Shown here in pieces: positions 8,084 to 17,093 of a stretch of DNA of 64,000 nucleotides. Source of the stretch: a virus (lineage: Duplodnaviria > Heunggongvirae > Uroviricota > Caudoviricetes); the IMG/VR virus record IMGVR_UViG_3300033067_001111, positions 1 through 64,000 of that record; one strand, given 5' to 3'. A program made the position numbers and the translations under genes. Below the pieces are notes generated by a model. The model saw nothing but the letters and a program-made list of their open reading frames with translations, had not been told where the DNA came from and did no database searches. How positions within the stretch are numbered: the stretch's first letter is position 1; each line of letters starts with the position of its first letter.

Positions 8084-10173
8084 TAGATGTCCTTCTCAAC
8101 CTGACGGAATACCAGCTTCACTTCAAGGCCGTCCACGACCATTGCATGCTCGTCTTCCTTGAAGTGGCGAGCCCAGTGTCCACCAACAGCCACAGCAAAC
8201 CGCTGGTTGTTGATTTTCTGGTCCAGATTTCTCTGGGCTGTAAGTAATCCAGTAATCTGTTGGTCAAGCCATTCAAGGGCAGCACCTTTGGTCTTGGGCA
8301 TTTGGGCAACAATCAGATCGTACCCAACCTTCATCCACTGTCCAATCTGGTTTAGAGCTTTGCCCTTCTCCACTGCCTCATTAAAGACCTGCATGGTGAT
8401 AGAGCTGGTTTTTGCCACCTTGATTTCAAACTGGCGTACGGTCTGTACGTCAGTTGCATCCTCCTGCACGGTTGGCGGGCTGTAGGACATATCAGAAAGC
8501 CGAATTCCCACAGCATCCAGGAACTTAACCTGGGCATCAGTCAAGTCCAAGGGCTTGGCAGCTTCTCCCTCAGGATCTAGCTCCTTCTTCTTGGCCTTGA
8601 GTACTTTGATCTGGGCGCCGAGCTTGAGGCTTTCAATCTCCATACGGGCGAGAGCCGTCCAGTCAGTAGCATTCTCACCACGCGCGCGATTGCAGACAGG
8701 AACGTACGACAGCATAATGTTGTACACTTCACCATCTTCCCACAGTGCCTGCGGATCAATGACGCCCAGATCCCGAAGCTTCAGGAAGGTTGCTTCTCCC
8801 GTGCTGCACGGCAGAATTTCAACCTGAGGCAGGCCGTTCACAATCAGTGAGTAATTGCGCCAGACAAAAGTCTGGTAGTTAGCATCGTATCCAGTATCCA
8901 CCCGCTTGACGTCACCCGCCTCTTCGGGCAGGGGAATGGTACCAGGAATTCGGGCCAGAACACTGAGGTTCAATTCCTTGCTGTTACCCACGAGCTTGCT
9001 GATGGGGACTCCCACACCGTCCTGGGGTATGAACTTCGGATAGCCGTCCTTGTTCCTGGACTTACGGCCACTTCGCTTGTATTTGAAGTCTTCGTGTGTA
9101 GGATAGAACAGAGCATGTTCATCCGCCATCAGCGTGTCCAAGACCTGGAGGAGATCAGGAGCATTGGGGTCGGGCAAGCACCCAACAGTGCGTCCGCCTT
9201 TGAATCGGGCATTGGGATCAACCAATGCCGTGCGCAACAGGCCTTCGGCCTCTGCCAACTCCGCATTGGTCAGTGCATTGCCCAGCACTCGAACCATGTG
9301 GACATCGCCCAACGTACTCAGAGCCTGGAGAGCGTTGTCGGCATTTCCCTGGGCCAAGAACCCTAGGGCCACAGCGTACATGACGCGTTCAGGATCTTCG
9401 GTCTGGGGCATAGCCCGAAGGTCGTCTGCCGTCTGCACAGCATATACGTCAGCCTCTTCCGCAATCTGAACTTCGTTCTGTTTCTGGCTCAGGGGAGCGA
9501 CAAGTTGCTGATCCATGCTGAAGACCAACAACGCATCCTGCGGGATCTTGACCTTGCGCTTCTTGCTGGCCGGCGATCCACTGTTGCGGGAAAAGGCTTC
9601 GCCCACTTCCTGGATGGTCTTGGCCGTGATGAGCTCAGCACCAGCTGCCTGAGCAAGCTTGCCAAGAAGATCTCGGTTTGCATAGTCACCGTACCCGATG
9701 ACAGAGCCCGCAACGATGTACTGACCAATAACACCTGCAGCCTGCAGGGCGTTAGCAATTTCCATGCGCGTGTCACGAACCACAGGCTGTCCATCAGACA
9801 TAAATGTCATGGTAGCAACTGGGTACTTCTGGAGCATGGGAGCTACTGCCCGCGGGAAGTCTGCAAGGATTTCGCTGAAGCACGTGGTGCCCCGAACATG
9901 GAACTCACGATCAATGACCTGTCGGGCCAATGCGTAATCTGCGTCCGTGTTCAACTCCGTCTGCAGAATCCATCTGAACCAGCCCTCACCCGAGAAGATG
10001 CCGATGAGTACAGCATCCCCCGCCGGCAGGTTTGTGACCCGCTCCTTGGTGTCGGCCGCCAAGTTGGACATAGCCCAGTACATGCTGCCGCTGGCATCAG
10101 CGATTAGGACGTTGAGTTTGGAAGGTCGTTTGAATCCAGTTGGTGTTTGAAGTCCTTTGTCAATGAGTTTCAT
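8083..10173 (-). CDS. vWA (von Willebrand factor A) domain protein
   Basis: 696 aa. The N-terminus carries a MIDAS-like DxSxS motif (LNVLIADASGSMY). Rest unassigned. Confidence 0.5.
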   Translation of the reverse strand: MKLIDKGLQTPTGFKRPSKLNVLIADASGSMYWAMSNLAADTKERVTNLPAGDAVLIGIFSGEGWFRWILQTELNTDADYALARQVIDREFHVRGTTCFSEILADFPRAVAPMLQKYPVATMTFMSDGQPVVRDTRMEIANALQAAGVIGQYIVAGSVIGYGDYANRDLLGKLAQAAGAELITAKTIQEVGEAFSRNSGSPASKKRKVKIPQDALLVFSMDQQLVAPLSQKQNEVQIAEEADVYAVQTADDLRAMPQTEDPERVMYAVALGFLAQGNADNALQALSTLGDVHMVRVLGNALTNAELAEAEGLLRTALVDPNARFKGGRTVGCLPDPNAPDLLQVLDTLMADEHALFYPTHEDFKYKRSGRKSRNKDGYPKFIPQDGVGVPISKLVGNSKELNLSVLARIPGTIPLPEEAGDVKRVDTGYDANYQTFVWRNYSLIVNGLPQVEILPCSTGEATFLKLRDLGVIDPQALWEDGEVYNIMLSYVPVCNRARGENATDWTALARMEIESLKLGAQIKVLKAKKKELDPEGEAAKPLDLTDAQVKFLDAVGIRLSDMSYSPPTVQEDATDVQTVRQFEIKVAKTSSITMQVFNEAVEKGKALNQIGQWMKVGYDLIVAQMPKTKGAALEWLDQQITGLLTAQRNLDQKINNQRFAVAVGGHWARHFKEDEHAMVVDGLEVKLVFRQVEKDI

Positions 10174-10402
10174 GGTTTTTCCTGCTGCTTATGTGCCATT
10201 GAGCACAGTACTCACACTGATAGTATGTGAATTGCTTTTTGTGGAACAGGTACATCTGGTGTGCCTGTTTCTTGGCCTGAGTTTTGCTCGTAAAGCATAC
10301 TTTGTGGGTAGCTATACAATGAGATCTGGTAGTTAGTTCTTCTAGCACCCAATCTGGGTAGAACTTAAGGCCTAGTTTGGGCCTTTTTGGATCAGAGTAC
10401 AT
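10160..10402 (-). CDS. small zinc-finger protein
   Basis: 80 aa, HCIATHKVC...CEYCAQWH Cys/His pattern. Confidence 0.35.
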   Translation of the reverse strand: MYSDPKRPKLGLKFYPDWVLEELTTRSHCIATHKVCFTSKTQAKKQAHQMYLFHKKQFTYYQCEYCAQWHISSRKNHETH

Positions 10403-10411
10403 CTCGGTATT

Positions 10412-10498
10412 TGGTGGACGCAGTAGGACTCGAACCTACGAACTATATTTCAAGAGGAGGGTTACAGCCTCCTGCAATTGCCGCTATGCGATACGTCC
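10412..10498 (-). tRNA. tRNA-Tyr (GTA)
   Basis: Cloverleaf: acceptor GGACGTA/TGCGTCC, anticodon arm GGAGG-CTGTAAC-CCTCC, 16-nt extra arm, T arm GTAGG-TTCGAGT-CCTAC, A73 and encoded CCA. Confidence 0.8.
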
Positions 10499-10512
10499 TT
10501 ATGTACTCTAAT

Positions 10513-10962
10513 CTACAATAGAGGGAGATGGCCACTGACTTGGTCTATGACGTCGTCCCAGTCAGGCCCAAGACCCAAGACCGTGACCGTATTCTGGCCT
10601 CCGAACTCCGTCAGGCCGTCATCCGTAATCAAACAGTTGTTTACGCCCAAGGATTCAGCCACTAACTGCAAATCACGTAGTTCTTCCTCCGTATCCACGT
10701 ACACGCAGACCTTACGGTAACTGTGATCAATCCAGTGCTGTACGGGCTCTGTAAACAACAGAGTTATTTCAGGGAAGAACTCTGGTTCTGGAGATGCTAC
10801 AATTTCCTTGAAACTGTATTTCAGGATGAGGCCTACAGCAGCGTGCGCGGCTTGTGCCACGTACTTACCCGTACGCAACTTGCGTGTACCTGGTTGATCG
10901 GGGTTTGGAAACATACGCCGACAGACCAACACCATTTTTGTATTTCTTTCCTCAGCCATCAT
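10513..10962 (-). CDS. peptidyl-tRNA hydrolase, Pth2 family
   Basis: KMVLVCRR...GKYVAQAAHAAVG matches the Pth2 core (KMVLVVR...GKxAAQCSHAA). Confidence 0.6.
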   Translation of the reverse strand: MMAEERNTKMVLVCRRMFPNPDQPGTRKLRTGKYVAQAAHAAVGLILKYSFKEIVASPEPEFFPEITLLFTEPVQHWIDHSYRKVCVYVDTEEELRDLQLVAESLGVNNCLITDDGLTEFGGQNTVTVLGLGPDWDDVIDQVSGHLPLL

Positions 10963-11489
10963 ACCATCCTTGATCGAATTCTGTCCACTGTTTCTTTTAC
11001 TGTCCTGGAAGCACGTCCATGATGTCTGGAAAGACCTATATACGTCTCACCCTCAATCAAACCATTCATGTACTGTACATGTCGTAGTTCCTTACAGGCA
11101 AAGGTTGCTGTTAACTGAGCGTCTACAGCTTCCCAGCAATCGCAAGTTGGTATCAGCAAAGAATCAAGAGATTTGCCATCGTCGTCCTGCCGCTCTTCAT
11201 CCAACAGATGAAGACAGAAATTCTTATCAAGATTTCTCCCAAACAACCTTCTGGCAGCATCTATACAGGCTTCGCGTACTAATCTCCAGCTATGGGTAGT
11301 ATACGATGCTCCAAGATCTGGATTGTACGTCAGAGAGGCTTTATGCTGTGCTACTAGAGACACAAGATAAAAATCTTCGGCCTCAACTGCTGGACTGGGG
11401 CAGCGTCTTGCCCACCAGTAAGCATTTTTCCACAGTTTGCTGTCAGAAATAGGTTTTAGCTCTGGCATTCGTCCCTCAAACTTTGGCAT
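10959..11489 (-). CDS. hypothetical protein with C-terminal sigma region-4-like HTH
   Basis: GETYIGLSRHHGRASRTVKETVDRIRSRM resembles ECF sigma region 4. Confidence 0.35.
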   Translation of the reverse strand: MPKFEGRMPELKPISDSKLWKNAYWWARRCPSPAVEAEDFYLVSLVAQHKASLTYNPDLGASYTTHSWRLVREACIDAARRLFGRNLDKNFCLHLLDEERQDDDGKSLDSLLIPTCDCWEAVDAQLTATFACKELRHVQYMNGLIEGETYIGLSRHHGRASRTVKETVDRIRSRMV

Positions 11490-11686
11490 TCGTCCCTCAG
11501 TAATCTGTAAAGATAGTCAATCTCAGTTCGCAAGTATGTAATGCAGTCAGTTGGTGTATGGGCTGATTGAACCCACCAACCTTCTCCCGTATCCACATTG
11601 GTCTCTACCCAATGACCACGAATTTTCTCCCCGCAGTGGGGGCAGGTAACAGGCGTGGGTTTTGGTGGCTTTCTTCTGGTACGCAT
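11456..11686 (-). CDS. small zinc-ribbon protein
   Basis: CPHCGEKI...C pattern. Partly overlaps the upstream ORF. Confidence 0.25.
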   Translation of the reverse strand: MRTRRKPPKPTPVTCPHCGEKIRGHWVETNVDTGEGWWVQSAHTPTDCITYLRTEIDYLYRLLRDECQSLRDECQS

Positions 11687-11687
11687 A

Positions 11688-12134
11688 TCAGTCCATTACA
11701 CGACGTCTGAGCCTGAGAAGTGCTGCATGCCAGAGTGGGACTTCAGCACATCGCTTGATCATCTCGTCCAGAACTTCCAGCTCCTCAGCCAACAACTCAA
11801 TCTGAATTCTTTCTTCTTCCAGGGCCTCAGCCAACGCCAGATCTTGTCCGTCTACCAAATTACGACGTACAGGGCCCCAGCGAGCTACTGTGTCTGCGAC
11901 AAACTGGATGTACTCTGCATCTTCCATCTCCACGAGTACAGTGTCAGGAGCTAGTACTTCATTGACAAAACCCAGACCATTGATCTTGGCATCAATCAGG
12001 CGGCGGACTACCACATACTTGTCTGTGGATGAAACCAGAATGCATGGCCACTTCTGGTACCAGACAAAAACTATGTCATCTACTTTGTCTATGAACCGAG
12101 ATCGTAGATTTGTGCTCTCATCTGTTCCAGCCAT
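11688..12134 (-). CDS. hypothetical protein
   Basis: 148-aa ORF, no motif. Confidence 0.4.
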   Translation of the reverse strand: MAGTDESTNLRSRFIDKVDDIVFVWYQKWPCILVSSTDKYVVVRRLIDAKINGLGFVNEVLAPDTVLVEMEDAEYIQFVADTVARWGPVRRNLVDGQDLALAEALEEERIQIELLAEELEVLDEMIKRCAEVPLWHAALLRLRRRVMD

Positions 12135-12288
12135 TCTTTATCTGCACCCTCCACGCCATCAAGCAGTCCATTTACAGCCAGCATGAAGCCCATAGTCCGA
12201 CCATAGTTGTTAATAAACTGAGGACATTTACACTTCTCTCGCCAAACGGTATTCAAGGACTTGGCAATTGACGCCCATTGTTCCTGGT

Positions 12289-12585
12289 TCATGGCTGTGC
12301 TGTTATCTGTACGTTGTTTGTGGGAAATACTGCAACGGTCTGTGACCCATCACCTGGCAAGTTAATATAGAAAGTTACACTATCTCTCTCAACTACCACT
12401 TCGTTGGCTTTGATATATTCCACAGGGTGAGAACCAGTAAGGTACTGCACTTGATAGGTTATAATCTTTGCGCTTCCTACCGAGCAACCAGCCACAGTCA
12501 GAAAACATAGAAACCAAGACCTGATCAAAAGTTTAGTCATTTTCCCTCCAATGTGGGTGTAAGCCACAGACCGTCCTTTAGCCAA
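12289..12585 (-). CDS. putative lipoprotein
   Basis: Signal peptide with lipobox-like LTVAGC near the N-terminus. Confidence 0.4.
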   Translation of the reverse strand: MAKGRSVAYTHIGGKMTKLLIRSWFLCFLTVAGCSVGSAKIITYQVQYLTGSHPVEYIKANEVVVERDSVTFYINLPGDGSQTVAVFPTNNVQITAQP

Positions 12586-13352
12586 TAACTAGGGAGCTCG
12601 GCCAAGAACTGGAGTGTTGCATACGTGTCGTGCGCAAAGCACTGACGCAGTTCCTCATAAATTCGATTTGCGCTAATGGCTCGCAGCACGTCTGCAGGTG
12701 GACGCATCACCATATCATAAGTACTGGACTTGAAGTGTTCATCTTCGTACCTGGGTACTACTGAGAACTCAAAGCCCTTTACCAGATGAAAGCGAATGGC
12801 ACGCAACCATCGAAGACCATCCTCTTGCAATCTGGTTCTAGGATCACCTACAAACTCCAGAACGTTGCTCTTGATTCCCTCATATCCACGATGTGGATCT
12901 ACGATGATGAAGTCTGTTTCGTCCCTGTGCTTGGGTACGAACCCATAACGGGCTTCAAACTGCTTGATGAATTCATTCCCCTGTTCGCCATCCCACATAA
13001 GCAGTTGTAGGTGTTCGTTCACGGGAATGGCCATACTGTTGACAGTAAAGTCCCTGCGCGCTAAGTCCGTCATCAGGTCGGCTGGTACACAGTATTCTGG
13101 GCATCGTCCATCGTGATCGCCTACTTCAATACGACAGCAGGTAAAGTCTCGAATTACTTGGTTCTTGCGCGCGCGGATGGTCAGAGTTTTTTCTTTCACG
13201 AACAAGATTTCTTGGTCCAATACGTCACGGACGTGAACTTCCAACTCAGGCAGTGTGCACTCCACGCAATAATCCAAGTCCTTGGACGGTATGCTCATAA
13301 TAAGATCTCGGACAGTGCCACCTACCACATACGTTTGCATTGTGCTGCTCAT
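12537..13352 (-). CDS. cca: tRNA nucleotidyltransferase (CCA-adding enzyme, head domain)
   Basis: N-terminal YVVGGTVRDLIM...DLDY matches the polymerase-beta-type GGxVRD...DxD signature of CCA/poly(A) polymerases. The gene lies immediately upstream of a tRNA. Confidence 0.65.
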   Translation of the reverse strand: MSSTMQTYVVGGTVRDLIMSIPSKDLDYCVECTLPELEVHVRDVLDQEILFVKEKTLTIRARKNQVIRDFTCCRIEVGDHDGRCPEYCVPADLMTDLARRDFTVNSMAIPVNEHLQLLMWDGEQGNEFIKQFEARYGFVPKHRDETDFIIVDPHRGYEGIKSNVLEFVGDPRTRLQEDGLRWLRAIRFHLVKGFEFSVVPRYEDEHFKSSTYDMVMRPPADVLRAISANRIYEELRQCFAHDTYATLQFLAELPSYWLKDGLWLTPTLEGK

Positions 13353-13356
13353 TATT

Positions 13357-13429
13357 GGCTCCAGTTCAGAGATTCGAACTCCAACCTATAGGTCCAAGGC
13401 CTATCGTCCTACCCTTAGACTAAACTGGA
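13357..13429 (-). tRNA. tRNA, anticodon read as TTG (Gln) with C at position 33; assignment uncertain
   Basis: Acceptor TCCAGTT/AACTGGA, anticodon arm ATAGG-CCTTGGA-CCTAT, T arm TGGAG-TTCGAAT-CTCTG, G73, CCA encoded. Confidence 0.7.
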
Positions 13430-13434
13430 GTGTG

Positions 13435-14028
13435 TTAGTTTTGGCCCGTACGTGCTGTAAATCCCCAAGCAGCTAGCTGATTGTGTGCGGGTTTGAAGTC
13501 AGGGAATTGTGCTGTGTCAATATACAGTTCACTGCGCTTGACCTTATACTCCAAGGACTTCTGGCTGTTGATAAACATGTTTGCTTCTTCAATACTGCCT
13601 AAGCGCTTTGTCAACCGCTGCAGCTGAATATCTCGCGGACATCCAACACACCACACGTGTTCAAACTGCTGGTGGGCACCAAGCTCAAAAAGCAATGGGT
13701 ACTCAACAAATTGCGATTGATCTTGGGCAAAGAACTGTTGAACATGAGCGTTCATCAACCCTAAGTATTCTTTCCTAAACTCCTGATCCAACCCATATTC
13801 TGGATCAGAGCCCTGAAGAATTACTTTACGCAGTGCAGAACGTGGAACTTCCCATAAGCCAAATGCAGACTTCAGTAGTTTCCTAACGTCAGGCTGGACA
13901 AAGGCCCGGGATACAAGTACATCCATAGACAGAACTTTAAACCCGTAATCCTGGTTTAGTCTCAAGCACAGTGTGCTTTTGCCTCCACCCACAATGCCCG
14001 TAATGGCCAAGAATCGTTTGCTGGACAT
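13435..14028 (-). CDS. P-loop kinase, dephospho-CoA kinase (CoaE)/NadR-kinase-like
   Basis: N-terminal AITGIVGGGKSTLC Walker A of the DPCK type (GxTGGIGSGKST) and ~200 aa size. Confidence 0.55.
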   Translation of the reverse strand: MSSKRFLAITGIVGGGKSTLCLRLNQDYGFKVLSMDVLVSRAFVQPDVRKLLKSAFGLWEVPRSALRKVILQGSDPEYGLDQEFRKEYLGLMNAHVQQFFAQDQSQFVEYPLLFELGAHQQFEHVWCVGCPRDIQLQRLTKRLGSIEEANMFINSQKSLEYKVKRSELYIDTAQFPDFKPAHNQLAAWGFTARTGQN

Positions 14029-15140
14029 TAATCACCAAACTTCTGAAGAGCACTCAACTCTCTCTCAACGTTGACCAACGACTGAGTTCTGTACTTATAG
14101 CGGAAGTACTGAGTCAGATACAGCGCACCAATTCTTTCTCGTATTCCTTCAAGGAACTGACGACGGCCTGCCCTGTACTGTGGGAGTGGATAGTTGGAGT
14201 ACTCCAGAGACACTTCAAAACTGTATTGGTCATAGACTTCTGCAGGCTGACCTAGAATGCACATATCTGCGTCCAAGAATGCAGCTAACCAAAAATCGTC
14301 TTCGTCCTCTTTGAAATTGACAGACTCCAGAGGTTCTTTGTGGTCAGACAGCAATATAGCCTGTTCTACTAACTTCTTGGGATATTCATACTTAGAGAAA
14401 GCTAGGGATCGGGCATCGGCCATAAACAGGTTCTTACTAGCCTGTTCGTTGCCCTGTTCTCCAGGATTATAAACTGCATCATGATACAGAATAGCCCAAA
14501 CTACCCATTCTGGCAACTGGGGTTTGCCGTACAGAACTTCAGAATACTGTACGAGTTCCCAATACACATGCAGCAGATGCTTCCAGCCATGATATCCTTT
14601 ACGCTGTTGGAGACCGTGGAGAAGTTCTTGATTCACCAAACCACTGTGGTAAATTTGTCCAAGGAACTCATGCTCAACCAGTTTCCAGAACACACCCTCT
14701 GGTACTAGGGAGCGAACTTGTTCATGGCGATAGGACCAGAGTTCTCTGACAAGGGAACTACTAATATTTGGCAACGAGCTTGTGAAGAATACAGTTTCAA
14801 GCTTTCTGTGCGGACTGACTAGTTGTGTGTTGACAGTAGCAAGCTGGTATTCTTTGTCAAAATCACCAAGAGGTCTAAGACCCCTTACCAGGTATTCTAC
14901 TCCCATACGCGCACAATATGGAGCTACCAAGCCTCCGTAGCAGACAATTAATTGATCTGTTGGCGTGCAAGAGCGAATAGCTTCTAGCCTGTCACGAGTA
15001 CTGAGAAATCCTTTCTTCTCAGCATTTGTCGCAATCAAGATCGTGACTTCACCCTGAAATAAGTGCCGTGCTTTTTCCAGCGTTTCTTGGTGGCCATTTG
15101 TCCATGGGTCAAAGGACCCAGCATATACTGCTTTGTTCAT
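14028..15140 (-). CDS. PPAT-like (HxGH) nucleotidyltransferase fused to an HD phosphohydrolase domain
   Basis: N-terminal YAGSFDPWTNGH matches the phosphopantetheine adenylyltransferase G(S/T)FDPxTNGH motif. The C-terminal half has HLLHV...YHDAVY HD motifs. Stop/start overlap with the kinase gene. Confidence 0.6.
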   Translation of the reverse strand: MNKAVYAGSFDPWTNGHQETLEKARHLFQGEVTILIATNAEKKGFLSTRDRLEAIRSCTPTDQLIVCYGGLVAPYCARMGVEYLVRGLRPLGDFDKEYQLATVNTQLVSPHRKLETVFFTSSLPNISSSLVRELWSYRHEQVRSLVPEGVFWKLVEHEFLGQIYHSGLVNQELLHGLQQRKGYHGWKHLLHVYWELVQYSEVLYGKPQLPEWVVWAILYHDAVYNPGEQGNEQASKNLFMADARSLAFSKYEYPKKLVEQAILLSDHKEPLESVNFKEDEDDFWLAAFLDADMCILGQPAEVYDQYSFEVSLEYSNYPLPQYRAGRRQFLEGIRERIGALYLTQYFRYKYRTQSLVNVERELSALQKFGD

Positions 15141-15156
15141 AATTCTTGTCCTTGGT

Positions 15157-15247
15157 GGTCGCCGAGGGAGGACTTGAACCTTCCATATACCTTGTGAGGG
15201 CCTCGCGCTTATAAGGCACGGGCTCTAACCTATTGAGCTACCCGGCG
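15157..15247 (-). tRNA. atypical tRNA: anticodon loop CTTATAA (UAU) with ~20-nt extra arm, A73
   Basis: Acceptor CGCCGGG/CTCGGCG, D arm GCTC-AATAGGTTA-GAGC, anticodon stem CGTGC/GCGCG, T arm GAAGG-TTCAAGT-CCTCC, CCA encoded. Confidence 0.65.
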
Positions 15248-15265
15248 AAAGCACTCTATTACATT

Positions 15266-15886
15266 ATGATGGTAAACATACATAATGTTGAGTTAGGTGA
15301 CACAAAATCTTATGAGTTGGATTGTCCTTATTGTAACAAAAAGTTTGAAACTTTTAGAACCACTATCAAGAGCGCGCTGCGTCACAAGCAGTTAGCACTA
15401 TACTGCTCTACAGAATGCTCAACGAATAGCAAGAGAATCACCAAAGAAGTTTTACAAACTAGGCTGTTGGAATACTACTTCACAAACAAGACAGTACCCA
15501 GGTTAAGGGACTTCAAATTCAATCGTAGCTTCAAACTGGTTTTTGGTTCCTGGACTAAAGCCCTAGCCTCATGTGGATTAGATTTTAGTCCTGTTGCTGA
15601 GTTAAAGGGTAATGCAAACTCGTGGGTTAGACAGAAATCTCGGCATACTCGTATTAAACAAGACTGTGTTGAGAAGCTGGGAGGTCAGTGTCAGATTTGT
15701 GGATACAAGAAGAATTTGGCAGCCCTTCAATTTCACCATAGAAATCCTAGGGAAAAAACAATGTCTTTAGATGCTAGATCTTTAGGAAATTGTTCAGAGG
15801 AGAGAATTCAGCAGGAACTGTTAAAATGTGATTTGTTGTGTGCTAACTGCCACTTAGAATTGCACAATCCTGAATCAAACCTTTGA
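15266..15886 (+). CDS. HNH homing endonuclease (paralogue family 1)
   Basis: C4 zinc motif plus HNH core QICGYKKNLAALQFHHRNP...CANCHLELH. The longest ORF starts at a TTG at 15233 inside the tRNA, so the ATG at 15266 is preferred. Confidence 0.65.
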   Translation: MMVNIHNVELGDTKSYELDCPYCNKKFETFRTTIKSALRHKQLALYCSTECSTNSKRITKEVLQTRLLEYYFTNKTVPRLRDFKFNRSFKLVFGSWTKALASCGLDFSPVAELKGNANSWVRQKSRHTRIKQDCVEKLGGQCQICGYKKNLAALQFHHRNPREKTMSLDARSLGNCSEERIQQELLKCDLLCANCHLELHNPESNL

Positions 15887-15903
15887 GTTATAGGCCCAGC
15901 AAG

Positions 15904-16092
15904 TTATGGTTGGCGCCGAGATTCAAGCCAGTTAAACAGCAGTAGGTCTAGCAGACCACATGCCCCCAGCACCCCAATTAGAATCCAAGCTCCACGAACC
16001 TCATGCGCGCCGTACAAAAACCAGCAATATCCCAAACTGAATGCGAGCCACCACTTATTGGTATGCCAATACCAAGCCCAAAACTTCTTCAT
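15904..16092 (-). CDS. small membrane protein
   Basis: 62 aa with two hydrophobic segments. Confidence 0.3.
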   Translation of the reverse strand: MKKFWAWYWHTNKWWLAFSLGYCWFLYGAHEVRGAWILIGVLGACGLLDLLLFNWLESRRQP

Positions 16093-16448
16093 ACTACAGG
16101 CTTCCGCATAAATCCACGAACTTCGCTCGGTTCGTAATATGGCGTGGTGTCAATGTCGGCCTTAGGTGCCTGCCAGATGGGACCATCCTTATCCGCGTAT
16201 TCCTTATGATGAAAATAACCTTGACCCAGGTATTGGGCATCAGCCCATTCAGGCTGCAGATCATCAGAGCGCGTGGTGTGGGTAACCTGTACTAGAGTAC
16301 CATCAGTTAGCTGGTAGTAGGTGTTGGCTGGACGCAGTTGCACATCTAGTTCTCGGGCACGGGCACGGGGGCTAAACCAACAATGACGGGGACCGTCCCA
16401 CAGCTCAGGGTGCTCCCTGCGCAGCTTCTTTCTGTTATTCGTACTCAT
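16089..16448 (-). CDS. hypothetical protein
   Basis: 119-aa ORF, ATGA overlap with the downstream gene. Confidence 0.4.
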   Translation of the reverse strand: MSTNNRKKLRREHPELWDGPRHCWFSPRARARELDVQLRPANTYYQLTDGTLVQVTHTTRSDDLQPEWADAQYLGQGYFHHKEYADKDGPIWQAPKADIDTTPYYEPSEVRGFMRKPVV

Positions 16449-16461
16449 AGTACATTCGGCT

Positions 16462-16548
16462 TGGCTGGAGGACTAGGATTCGAACCTAGATTAAACTTCT
16501 CGTCTTCACGTTCAGAGCGTGAGATGTTGCCAATTACACTATCCTCCA
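16462..16548 (-). tRNA. atypical tRNA: anticodon CTG with 16-nt extra arm and G73 (class-II-like)
   Basis: Acceptor TGGAGGA/TCCTCCA, anticodon arm TCACG-CTCTGAA-CGTGA, extra arm AGAC-GAGAA-GTTT, T arm CTAGG-TTCGAAT-CCTAG, CCA encoded. Confidence 0.7.
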
Positions 16549-16552
16549 ACTT

Positions 16553-16829
16553 CTAGGCAGAAGACATCAGTTCAATGATGTTATCTAAATCCTGGCTACT
16601 GACTCTGATCGCTGTGTACTCTTCATCACTGGGTGTGCACAGGGCACAGCCATCTGCCATGATCAATAGAGTGAGATCAGATAGTCTATGGGTGAAGACC
16701 CCTGCACAGAGCCGGCTGCTTACAAACCCGCTTCGCCAGTTAACGTGCAGGACTTCAGTCCAAAGTGGATGATTTTCGACCGCCTCAATCAATCGGGCTG
16801 TAGGAAACATATCCCACAATGGTTCTTCC
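16553..16829 (-). CDS. hypothetical protein (C-terminal frame of the 244-aa ORF)
   Basis: Only the distal ~90 codons look protein-like. The N-terminal part of the long ORF is Arg-rich and overlaps two better-supported genes. Confidence 0.3.
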
Positions 16830-17093
16830 TCAACCTTTCTTCTTCGGCTTTGCTGCTGGGGCATCTGTCTGCGTACCATCCTTCTGGCTGCCAGATGCAG
16901 CTTCTTTGGGCTCGCCGCCACCCGTACGAACGTCAATGACCTTGCCGCATACCGTACAGCGAATCTTACCGTTTTGTCCCTTGGGACCTTCTGTGTACAA
17001 CCGCATACCAGGACCGTACTCTTTGTCCTGGAATTTAGCTCCAGCCTGATTACCCAGGGGTGTTTGCGTGCAACCACAACGTCTAACTGCCAT
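16830..17093 (-). CDS. zinc-ribbon protein
   Basis: GGAGAAAG RBS before an internal ATG (MAVRRCGC...CTVCGK). Two CxxC pairs. Confidence 0.45.
   Translation of the reverse strand: MAVRRCGCTQTPLGNQAGAKFQDKEYGPGMRLYTEGPKGQNGKIRCTVCGKVIDVRTGGGEPKEAASGSQKDGTQTDAPAAKPKKKG

Noticed and set aside
883-10107. Plus-strand ORFs nested inside minus-strand genes (e.g. 883-1551, 5609-6223, 9505-10107, 31114-31767, 38201-38701, 59840-60316, 61231-61635)
   Set aside because: They run antisense to long minus-strand genes with recognisable domains. No RBS or independent motif support.
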